A stretch of DNA of 64,000 nucleotides, taken from the NCBI GenBank assembly GCA_963785305.1, contig CAWAUV010000007.1:832001-896000 (forward strand). Direction: 5' to 3'. Within the stretch, counting starts at the first letter, position 1, and each line of letters starts with the position of its first letter. This DNA is from an uncultured Planctomycetaceae bacterium (GTDB lineage Bacteria; Planctomycetota; Planctomycetia; Pirellulales; PALSA-1355). The notes under the pieces are model-generated. The model was not told the DNA's origin. It saw nothing but the letters and a program-made list of their open reading frames with translations, and did no database searches. Shown here one piece after another: positions 54,099 through 64,000 of this stretch. A program made the translations under genes and the position numbers.

Positions 54099-55904
54099 GT
54101 GCGCGTCTTTTCGCTTCCAGGCGTTCTTTCAGCGCGAGAGCGATTTCGCCGCTGGGTTGTCGCGCTCGGCGTGTTCGGAGCATCATGCGCACTTCTCGCG
54201 CATTCGGCGCGGCTTGTTCTCGCCGCGCCGCCCGCCGAGGGCTCGCCGAAGGCCGAGCCGGCGAAGGCGGACGAGAAATCCGAAATCAAGTCGGTGATCG
54301 ACGCCAACGACGTGGCGCACTTGGCCGACGGCCAGACGCTCCAACTCGAACACTGGGGCGAAACGTATGAAGGGTATCTCGACCAACCACCGATCCACGG
54401 CGAGGACGCCGAACCGATCGCGAAAGTTGGCGGGATTGCTACGTCCATCGCACTCGACACCAAGCACAAGAAAATCTATTGGACGAATTATGCGTCAAAG
54501 CCTGGAGATAGTTCTATACTTCGTTCCGATTTGGACGGAGGTAAAAGCGAGATTGTCGTGAACGGGTTGACGGAACCACATACATTGGCGATCGATGTTG
54601 TTCATGAGCAACTTTATTGGTCATCAACCGATAGTGGCGATAAACCTATATTTAGAATCGCTCCAACACGCGGAGCGAAGGAAGAAATAGTTAACGGCAT
54701 TGTCAACGGAATTTGGGGTCTCGCGCTTGACGACCGCGCCGAAGGATTTTATTACGGACTCGAAAAGAAATTATTTCATTGCGACTTAGACGGCTCGAAC
54801 GAACGATTAATAACGTCCGAGGTCGCCGGCAAGCAGCATCCAAACAGCGCCTTGTTTTTGTCGGCGGAAGCGAATCAAGTGTTTTTTTCGGTCATGAGCA
54901 CTGATTGTGTGATCGGCGCTTTCTCAATCGACAAAATGGAATTCTCGACACGAATTACAGTTAAGCCGCATGGCCGTGTATTTGGACTTGCCGTGGATGA
55001 TGTTCGTCGCAAGGTCTACTGGACGGACAAATCATACGGGGCTATCCGCCGCGCGAATGTCGACGGCACGCAAGTTGAGGATGTCGTGGTCGGTCTTTTT
55101 GAGCCATTCGACGTCAAGCTTGATCTCGATCGAAACATGATTTATTGGAGCGGCAACGGAAGTGTAAGCCGGGCCAAGCTGCCGCCCGTTCGAGAAACGA
55201 TCCGATTTCGAGCGCCGCCGATCGTTGCGCGGATTTCGCCCTCCATCGCAGCGCCTGATGACGTGGTTTCACTGCAAGGGAAAAATTTATGTGAAGTCAT
55301 TGATGTTCAATTCATTGACGCGCAGAACGGAAAGAATGTTTCCGCTCGATTCACTGAGCGGAACTGCAATGAGTTATGCGTCACCATGCCAACGATGCAC
55401 GGTATGAAACATACGGTAATAATCGTGCAAACGAAAGGTGGTGTAACCGTTACCGTTTCGGCCGGCAGTACGGTTTTTCTCAATCAGGAAATGCGCATCG
55501 AATGGGAGGGGGAAGGAAAGCGACGCCCTCACCCGTCGATTTCGGGTATCGGCATCGACGATTGTTTTCCTGGCGCAATTAGACCTCCTCGCGGCGACCC
55601 GCGGTGTTGTTGGATCGCGGGCAATCAGGGGCGGATCGAAGAGATTGGTCGGAAAATCGCGATCGCGTTGCCCGGCGGTTATGTTAGGTCGAACCCGCAA
55701 GGACAAAACTCGTTTTTTATTAAGAGCGGCGGAATCGCGTTACCCGGTTCGAAAAGACCGAGCAATTGCTATTACGAACCGTGGGCCGTCATACCGGATC
55801 GACGTGCGTGGAATCCACAAGCGCGCGTAGATCATCTATTCATTCCTGTCCCCGCGATTCGATTGAGCGTGCTCGATATGCTTTTGGCGGTCAAACAGCA
55901 ATAA
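54099..55904 (+). CDS. Secreted YWTD propeller + IPT/TIG protein, copy B (intact)
   Basis: AAGGAG RBS, signal peptide, KIYWTN, KVYWTD, IRRANVDG; ISPSIAAPDDVVSLQGKNL is IPT-like. Confidence 0.85.
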   Translation: MRVFSLPGVLSARERFRRWVVALGVFGASCALLAHSARLVLAAPPAEGSPKAEPAKADEKSEIKSVIDANDVAHLADGQTLQLEHWGETYEGYLDQPPIHGEDAEPIAKVGGIATSIALDTKHKKIYWTNYASKPGDSSILRSDLDGGKSEIVVNGLTEPHTLAIDVVHEQLYWSSTDSGDKPIFRIAPTRGAKEEIVNGIVNGIWGLALDDRAEGFYYGLEKKLFHCDLDGSNERLITSEVAGKQHPNSALFLSAEANQVFFSVMSTDCVIGAFSIDKMEFSTRITVKPHGRVFGLAVDDVRRKVYWTDKSYGAIRRANVDGTQVEDVVVGLFEPFDVKLDLDRNMIYWSGNGSVSRAKLPPVRETIRFRAPPIVARISPSIAAPDDVVSLQGKNLCEVIDVQFIDAQNGKNVSARFTERNCNELCVTMPTMHGMKHTVIIVQTKGGVTVTVSAGSTVFLNQEMRIEWEGEGKRRPHPSISGIGIDDCFPGAIRPPRGDPRCCWIAGNQGRIEEIGRKIAIALPGGYVRSNPQGQNSFFIKSGGIALPGSKRPSNCYYEPWAVIPDRRAWNPQARVDHLFIPVPAIRLSVLDMLLAVKQQ

Positions 55905-55985
55905 TTTGTCCGAGATTCATTTAGCCTGTTCTATCGTTCCGGACATTGGCGAGGTCGCAGCGAGACTCTGGGAGCCAAAATCATC

Positions 55986-58900
55986 ATGGGTTGTTACACG
56001 ATCACTGGATGCGAAGTCGGCCCAGACGGCGGGCTGCAGGTTTCAGGCCCGGCGACCGGAACCGGGGGGCAGGCGCTAAATTCAAATTTCCACACCCTGA
56101 ATTACCGGCAACCGAAATGCAACTACGAAGCAACGTCTGACCCGTCTTCCGACAACGATTCATCTGGCGGCCAAGGTTACTGCGTCGGTTCCCGTTGGTT
56201 AAACAGCGATACGGGTAAGATGTGGATGTGCATCGACCCGACCGAGGGCGCTGCTTACTGGGTTCCCTGGTTCCGCTGGAACCCTGGTGCGGCAGTTGTT
56301 TTGGCTCCGTCGTCGTCACCGCCAGTACAACCAAATTTCGGCGGGATTGCGCAAAACGAGCTCGACGTCGATATCAGCATCGGCGTCGATGGCGAAATTC
56401 GCCGAATCAGCCAGAACTACGCCACCGCTCCGGTGATCCTCACGCCGAAAGGCGCGGCCGCGCGTTCGGCCATCCAGCTTGGCAACGATGTGAACGCCGT
56501 GGGCAACGACCGCGGGGCCTTCGCGATCGATTTGCAGAACAACCGCAACGCGGGAACTCAAATCGCCTCCGGCACGCGCTCGGCGATCGTCGGCGGTGTT
56601 TACAACACGGCTGGCGGCGAAAATTCGCACATCTCGGGTGGGTACTATAATTCCGCCAGTGGAGTTTCTTCGAACGTCGGCGGCGGAAACCGGAACGTCG
56701 CCAGCGGCATGAATTCGATCGTGGCGGGCGGAAATTCCAACAGCGCCACCGGCGACAACTCGCACATCGGCGGCGGTCAACAAAACTCCGCCGGCGACGA
56801 CTCGCACGCGGAAGGGTACCAAACCTACGCCGCCGACGGCGCTGCCCATGCCGAGGGCAACAATACGCTCGCCGGCGCCGCCGCCTCGCACGCCGAAGGC
56901 CAAAAAACCACGGCGGGCGGAGTCTATTCACATGCCGAGGGCTATTCCACCACCGCCAGCGGCGCGGGCTCGCACGCCGAGGGCTATGCGAAAGAGACGG
57001 GCAGCGACATTCGCGCCTTCGCCGCGGGCTCGCATGCCGAAGGCTACGCCTCGGGCGGCGCCTATATCGGCGCCACGGGACTCGGTTCGCACGCCGAAGG
57101 ATTCGTCACCGAAGGCCAAAGAACCGTCGCCTCGGGCGACGGCGCGCATGCGGAGGGAACGAACACATACGCGACGGGCGACGCGGCGCACGCCGAAGGC
57201 GACTCGACCGAAGCGCGCGGCGACGAATCGCACGCCGAGGGTGACACCACGTTGGCCGGCGGCGATGCTTCGCATGCCGAAGGATCGAACACCTATGCCG
57301 CAAGCGAAGCGTCCCACGCCGAGGGGTCGAATTCCTACGCGCTCGGCGAAGCGGCCCACGCCGAAGGTTCGGCCACGTACACGAACGGCGAAGCGGCCCA
57401 CGCCGAGGGCTCGGGCGCCTATGCCACGAACGAAGCGGCGCACGCCGAGGGCAAGAAGACCATCGCCTCGGGCGAAGCGGCGCACGCCGAGGGCAGTTAC
57501 AGCACCGCCGGCGGCGAAGGGGCGCATGCCGAAGGGAGCAATTGCAACGCCGGCGCGGAAGCGGCGCACGCCGAGGGAAAATACTCGATCGCCCAGGGCG
57601 AAGCCTCGCATGCCGAAGGCAAGACTTGTTACGCCTCCGACGACGGTGCGCATAGCGAGGGCGGCTATACCCAGGCGACCGACAAATACGCCCACGCCGA
57701 GGGCTATAAGAGCGTCGCAAGTAAAATGGCCGCGCATGCCGAAGGCAAGGAGACCGCCGCTTCCAGCGAATACGCCCACGCCGAAGGGCTCAATACCCAA
57801 GCCACCGAAACCGCGGCCCACGCCGAGGGTTATGCCTATGCCAAGACGACGATCACCGGCATCATGGCCAGCGGCAAGGGCGCACACGCCGAAGGGTATC
57901 AAGGCGGAGCGGGCTCGTTACTTTCGGCCACCGCCGAGGGCGCGCATGCGGAAGGGTTTGTCACGGGGACCGACAAAACCGTTTCGAGCGGCAAGGGGAG
58001 CCATGCGGAAGGCCGGGCAACGCTAGCTTATGGCGCCTATTCACATGCCCAGGGGCTGCGCACCAAAACCGCCACCGGCGCCACCGCCGCGCATGTTGAA
58101 GGCTACGCCGCCACCAGCGGCGGAATCTACTCGTCGGACAAGGGCGCCCACGCCGAAGGGTATGCGGGTGGGACGGGCGTTCTGAAGGCGACCGCGACCG
58201 GGGCGCACGTCGAGGGATGTATCGTGTCCGGCGAGACAGGGAGCGGAATCTATGCATCGGGTAAAGGAGCGCATGCGGAAGGGTACGCAAGCGGCGCGGG
58301 TGTTCTGAAGGCAACCGGCCTGGGGGCCCATGTCGAGGGATTTGCGGCGACCGGTTACACGACGTCGGCGACAGGCAACGGCGCCCATGCCGAAGGCAAA
58401 GCAACTTACGCGTCGGGGCTTGCAGCTCATGCGGAAGGAAAAGAAACGATCGTCTCCGGAAATTATGCGCACGGGGAAGGTTTCAATACCCATGCGTTGG
58501 GGCAGGCAAGCCACGCTGAGGGGTTCAACACGCATGCCATTGGCGCCCCGAGCCATGCTGAAGGTCTCGCTGTTACCGCAACTGGTAGCGCGAGTCACGC
58601 CGAAGGAATTTTTACCTATGCTGGTGGTGACGCGTCGCATGCCGAAGGCACGATCACCACGGCGAAGGGCTACAATTGCCATACCGAGGGGCAATCCACG
58701 TACGGGCTTGGCGCGGCATGTCATGCGGAGGGCGCTTATACGTCCGCTACTTCGCCCTATTCTCACAGTGAGGGTTTCAGCAGTCATGCAAGGCTCCGGC
58801 GCAGCGGGCGCGAGCGACGGCCAAGTTTGCGACCGCCGCCGACGCTCAAAGCACCCAGGTCGAAATGATCGTCGCCACCGCCACTGCGACCGCCGCCGAA

Positions 58901-59428
58901 ATGACATTGGATGGAAATACGCCCGGCGCGAGCAATCGCTATACCCTCGTCGATTACTATTCCTATGGGCTCACCATCACGGTGCATGCCCGCGAGGACA
59001 CCGGGGCCAACCATGCCTTGTTCAAGCGCATGGCGATCATTCAAGAGACCGGCGGCGTGGTGTCGATGGTGGGCGCCGTGCAGACGATCGGGACCGACAT
59101 CAACCCGGCCGGCTGGGCCCTCACGATCGACGCCGACACGACGAACTTGTCGCTGCAAATTCTCGTCACCGGCGCCGCCGGCCAAAACATCCACTGGATT
59201 GCCCAGGTCGAGGCGCTCGAGCTTTACTACACCAACACCGCCGTCGCGAACCCCGAAATCGGGCCGCGAAACCGCGAGTCGAAAATCGCCGAGCGATTGA
59301 AATCGCCCGATCTCGCCCCTAAGCTGCGAGAGGTGCTGGAAAAGATGCTTGCTCGTCGGTGGAATGCTCGCGGGACGAAATTCGACCTGTCTCGTGGACT
59401 TGACGCGGGTCAAAGCGACGTGCATTGA
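55986..59428 (+). CDS. SHAEG-repeat beta-roll fibre/adhesin-like protein, copy B (frameshift ~58796)
   Basis: Same N-terminus as copy A, GG..N.A.G repeats then many HAEG repeats; one added base joins it to ..FATAADAQ..EMTLDG.. and the beta-rich C-terminal ORF 58865-59428. Confidence 0.82.
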
Positions 59429-59490
59429 CGGCGGCGGCGCATGCGGCGTCGCGACGTTGGGAATTTGGTTACTTTTGAATCCTCGTGGAG

Positions 59491-60680
59491 AAGATGCCTC
59501 CGGCGGCCGGCCGCGGGCCGGGGCGAATGGCGGCTTCCGCCGCGTGTGATTGCCGCCCTAACGCGATCTACTCGCGTGTCGCGGCAGCGGACCAATATCC
59601 CGGGGCCATTGGCCCCAAGAATTCCTTTGAAATCAACAAATCCCGAACGCGAGCGTTATGCGTCGAGTCCGACGGTTCGATTACTTTCAAAAGCTTACGT
59701 AAAAAAGATGCCTCCGGCGGCCGGCCGCGGGCCGGGGCGAATGGCGGCTTCCGCCGCGTGTGATTGCCGCCGTAACGCGATCTACTCGCATGTCGCGGCA
59801 GCGGACCAATATCCCGGGGCCATTGGCCCCAAGAATTCGTTTGAAATCAACAAATCCCGAACGCGAGCGCTATGCGTCGATTCCGACGGTTCGATTATTT
59901 TCAAAAGCTTACGTAAAAAAGATGCCTCCGGCGGCCGGCCGCGGGCCGGGGCGAGTGGCGGCTTCCGCCGCGTGTGATTGCCGCCGTAACGCGATCTACT
60001 CGCATGTCGCGGCAGCGGACCAATATCCCGGGGCCATTGGCCCCAAGAATTCGTTTGAAATCAACAAATCCCGAACGCGAGCGCTATGCGTCGATTCCGA
60101 CGGTTCGATTATTTTCAAAAGCTTACGTAAAAAAGATGCCTCCGGCGGCCGGCCGGGGCGAATGGCGGCTTCCGCCGCGTGTGATTGCCGCCGTAACGCG
60201 ATCTACTCGCATGTCGCGGCAGCGGACCAATATCCCGGGGCCATTGGCCCCAAGAATTCGTTTGAAATCAACAAATCCCGAACGCGAGCGCTATGCGTCG
60301 ATTCCGACGGTTCGATTATTTTCAAAAGCTTACGTAAAAAAGATGCCTCCGGCGGCCGGCCGCGGGCCGGGGCGAATGGCGGCTTCCGCCGCGTGGGATT
60401 GCCGCCGTAACGCGATCTACTCGCATGTCGCGGCAGCGGACCAATATCCCGGGGCCATTGGCCCCAAGAATTCGTTTGAAATCAACAAATCCCGAACGCG
60501 AGCGCGATGCGTCGATTCCGACGGTTCGATTACTTTCAAAAGCTTACGTAAAACAGATGCCTCCGGCGGCCGGCCGCGGGCCGGGGCGAATGGCGGCTTC
60601 CGCCGCTTGCGATTGCCGCCGCAATGTCGTCAACTCGCGTGTCGCGCAGCGGACCATTATCAAGGGCCATTGGCCCCAAG
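59491..60680 (+). repeat. Tandem array of 214-bp units (5 full + 1 degenerate partial)
   Basis: GATGCCTCCGGCGGCC recurs at 59493, 59707, 59921, 60135, 60342 and 60556 (periods 214, 214, 214, 207, 214). Confidence 0.97.
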
Positions 60681-60729
60681 GCTTTTTGCCCCTATTCGGA
60701 TTCCGTTGTTCCCCACCAGGACTTTCTTC

Positions 60730-61651
60730 ATGGAATTGAATCTCACGTTCGTGGCGGGCTTGCCCCGAAGCGGGTCGACGCTGCTCTTGAACTTGCTGGG
60801 GCAGAACCCGGCGTGCCATGTGACGCCGACCAGCGGACTCATCAACTTGTTCACAGCGGTGAAAGGCCGCTGGACGGAAGTGCTCGAATTCAAATCCGAG
60901 GGGCTCGAGCGCGTCCGCCCGCGCGTGGCCAGCGCGATGCGCGGCCTGCTTCACGGTTATTTCGAGCCCGAATTCGCAGATGGCAAACATGTGTTCGACA
61001 AGTCGCGGGGGTGGCTCCAGCAGATCGAGCCGCTGGAGGAGTGTTTGGGACGGCCAGTGCGAATTGTCGTGACGGTGCGCGATGTGCGGGCGATTATCGC
61101 GTCGTTCGAAAAGATCTATCGAAGTCGGCGCATCGATTATCGCGAGGCTGGCGGCGACGATTTTTTCAAGTGTCAAACCGTCGAAGGGCGAGCGCGGGCC
61201 ATTTTGGGTTCGACGGCGGTCGTGGGACTCACGATCGCGCGACTTCGCGACGCGCTGGAGCGTGGAGTCGGCGATCGTTTGGTACTCGTTCCCTACCACG
61301 AATTGACGCGTCGGCCGCGGGAAGCCATGCATTCGGTGGGCAGAACCCTTGGTTTACCCGAGTTCGCGTACCCCGATAATGTGCGTCAGGTGACGCATGA
61401 GGACGACACGTTTCACGGAATGGACTTGCACCGGATCCGCCCACGCATCGAACCGCCTCGCGCGATCCCCTGGGAGGGGGTTCTTCCGCCGCCGCTCTGC
61501 GTCCAACTCGCGCGAATACGCCGACATCAACGCGATGGCCGCGATGGAGCTTCGCCCCCTCGCGCCGCCGAGCAATGGGGTCGCGCCTTGGGAGCAACAC
61601 GGCGCCGAGCACAATGGCCGCGATTTGGCGTCATCGAACTTAGTGGGGTGA
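60730..61651 (+). CDS. Sulfotransferase family protein (frameshift ~61510)
   Basis: FVAGLPRSGSTLL (5'-PSB loop), FDKSR, VRDVRAIIAS, VPYHELT. Confidence 0.88.
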
Positions 61652-61654
61652 TAT

Positions 61655-63563
61655 GTGGCTTATGGCTGGGCATGCTTAACCTGCGGCGAATGGGCGGCGC
61701 TCGATTGTTCGGACTGGGCGGCGCTCACATGCGATTGTTCGTCGTCGAGTTCGTCGAGTAGTTCGTCGAATAGTTCGTCGAGTAGCGGCAGCTCGTCAAG
61801 TAGCAGCAGTGCGCCGAGTAGCAGCAGCTCGTCGAGTGGCGGCAGTGCGCCCAGTAGCGGCAACTCGTCAAGTAGCGGCAGCGCCTCGAGCAATGGCAGT
61901 TCATCGAGCGGAGACGGTTCGTCCGGCGGAATTAGTTCGTCGGGCAGCGGCGGCCCGTCGAGCGTTGGAAGCTCGTCGGGCGGCGGCCCGTCGAACGAAA
62001 GTTCGTCGGATGGCGGTTCGTCGTCGGGCGAAATGAAACTGCCGACGCCCCGGGTTGATGTTGCCGCAGGCTCCAATGAAGAGGATCCGAAAGATGGCCG
62101 CGTGGACTCATCCGTCCCGAATGCCGTGTCGGTCGAAAATATTGCCCACCACGGATCGGCGAATCGGGAGGGCCCCGTTCGCATGAAGACTCAGCGTCGC
62201 CGGGAATTTTTCGACCGCGTGGTGGTCATTAATTTGCGGCGTCGACCCGAGCGATTATCGCGATTTCATGAAGAGATTTCGGCGATCGATTGGCCGTTCA
62301 AGTTACCGGAACGATTCGACGCGGTGGACGGGAGCCAAGTGCCCGCGCCGGGCGATTGGAAAGATGGCGGTGGAGCATGGGGTTGCATGCAATCGCACCG
62401 GCAAGTGTTGGAGCGGGCAATCCTCGATGGCGTCGAGTCGTTGCTCGTTCTCGAGGATGACGCCTGCGTTCGGCCGACGTTTTGCGAGGAAATCGACCGA
62501 TTTTTGACAAGTGTGCCTTCGGACTGGGACGGGCTGATGCTGGGCGGACAACACATTTGCTCGCCGCCTGTCCGCCTTGTGCCTGGAATCGTGCGCTGCG
62601 TGAATTGCCAGCGAACGCATGCGTATGCGGCGCGCGGGCGATATTTGCGTGACCTGTATCAAAAGTGGTGCTCTTCCCAGGGGCATTGCGACCATATCAT
62701 GGGACCGTTCGCGGCGCGATATCAAGTATATGCGCCCGACCCGTTCGTCTTCGGTCAGGAACGCAGCAAGAGCGATATCAGCGGTTCGTTGAATCCGAGA
62801 AAATTTTGGACGCCTCCATCCGCGGATCAGCCAGTGGTTTTGCTTGATGCGCCGCGAAATGGTGGACGAACTTCGCCGCCACGGATTCCACACGGGCTAC
62901 GATCGCGACCCTTGCACGGGAATCGACAAGGGGCTTCAGAATATTTTTGCGGACGCATCCGCGTCGTCGAACCTTTCGAGCCGTCTTCGGGGCTGGATCG
63001 AGATGATCCAATGGGAAGTTGGAAGCGCCGAGGGCCTTGTATGCACGATATGGCATCCCAACGTGTCGGCGCAGGTGGCGCGACAAGCGACTTCGGCCCG
63101 GTTGATCGAGATTCGAGCGAATTCATTGGACGAAGCCCTGCGTCAATACCCCGCCGAATTGAGACGTCGGCTCGCGGCCACTGGACCCGAAACGATCGTT
63201 TTGCTGCGTGCTCCGCGGCATGTCGTCGAAACGCTGCGAAGCCACGGCTTTCATACGGGATATTGGCGCGATCCGAACAGCGATCTGGACCGGGGGCTCA
63301 TGGATCTTTTCGCCGCGCCGCAGCATCAATGGGTCGAGAAACTTAGGGATTGGATTCGAGCTTTGAAGCCCGAGGCGGATTCCATCCGCCGCGGCGTCGT
63401 CACGGTATGGCACCCGATGGCGACTCCCGAGTTGTTGAGAGCCGCAACGGACACGCCAGTTATCGTCCTGAACGCGGAGACGGTCGAAGTTGCCCTGGAA
63501 CAGTGGAATCGGATGCGCGGCGAACGAAACGGCCACCATGAATTAGCGGCGGCCGTCCATTGA
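61655..63563 (+). CDS. Cys/Ser-rich N-terminus + GT25 glycosyltransferase + duplicated C-terminal domain (frameshift ~62855)
   Basis: [35 protein letters not shown]; alternative start at ATG 62183. Confidence 0.8.
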
Positions 63564-64000
63564 ACGGTCGGACATCCAGGGTCGAATCGAAAGTTCATCC
63601 CTTGAACAGCGTCAATGTGTCGGAGATTCGAGGCGTCGCTCGCGCCTTCTACGGCCTGTCGGACACTTGGTTAGATGTCACGGCCGTGGTCAACGCGCTT
63701 TTGCGCTTCGGCGATGGAGTGCCCGTGTCGAATTCGCTGGCGGGGACCCCGTGCCAGGATCGCCCAAGATACTTAAATGCGAGTTGCCGGGCGGACAATC
63801 GATCGAGTATCAAGAGGGCGAAATCGCGTTTTTGCCTCGAATTGATACCGCGAACCTGATTTATCATATTTGCCCTTTCACGAGCGGCCGGGAGATTTGG
63901 CGCGAAAATGTTCGCTTGCTTCGACGCTACGCGAATTGGATTAATGGAAAGCGCGTGATTTCGATCGTGCAAGGCGCCGGCTGCGACGACATTGATCTCG

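Noticed and set aside
52204..59428. Prophage
   Set aside because: No terminase, portal, capsid, tape-measure or lysis genes are recognisable nearby.
59491..60680. Tandem array as a CRISPR array for the type III system
   Set aside because: The 214-bp units are contiguous with no unique spacers, and the array lies ~50 kb from the cas genes.
59974..61761. 595-aa ORF as a repeat-sulfotransferase fusion
   Set aside because: Read-through depends on a 7-bp deletion and a TGA>GGA variant. The sulfotransferase motif starts right after ATG 60730.

Overview
GC-rich bacterial window, most likely Planctomycetota (PVC-type heme-binding/dehydrogenase genes, ESLExR-type secreted protein). Many genes are split by single-base frameshifts that look like long-read indel errors, so I reconstructed them across frames. 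Bases 1-15216 are the right part of an integrative element at tRNA-Ser(GCT). It carries a tyrosine integrase, an excisionase, a decayed IS256 with an 8-bp TSD and a translationally coupled type III-D(v)-like CRISPR-Cas interference operon: cas10 (GGDD), a Cas7-Cas5-Cas11 fusion, an apparent Cas7-Cas7-Csx19 fusion, Cas7-insert and a CARF-HEPN effector. No array, cas6, cas1 or cas2 is visible in the window. Bases 15.5-47 kb are mostly chromosomal genes: GT32, an orphan fliG preceded by a micro-ORF resembling the FliF C-terminus, fucose-type catabolism, a double hybrid kinase, a PVC dehydrogenase/cytochrome cluster, ilvA, a QEGLA protein, a decayed TIGR04255-like/hypothetical/Fic operon, ABC-F and a sugar-binding protein. 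Two near-identical IS1380-family copies are inserted at CTAG. Bases 48-63.6 kb form a surface/fibre locus: a tandemly duplicated [YWTD propeller-IPT gene + SHAEG-repeat fibre gene] pair, a 214-bp x5.6 tandem array, a sulfotransferase and a Cys/Ser-rich GT25 fusion. Family calls come from motif recognition only; no searches were run.
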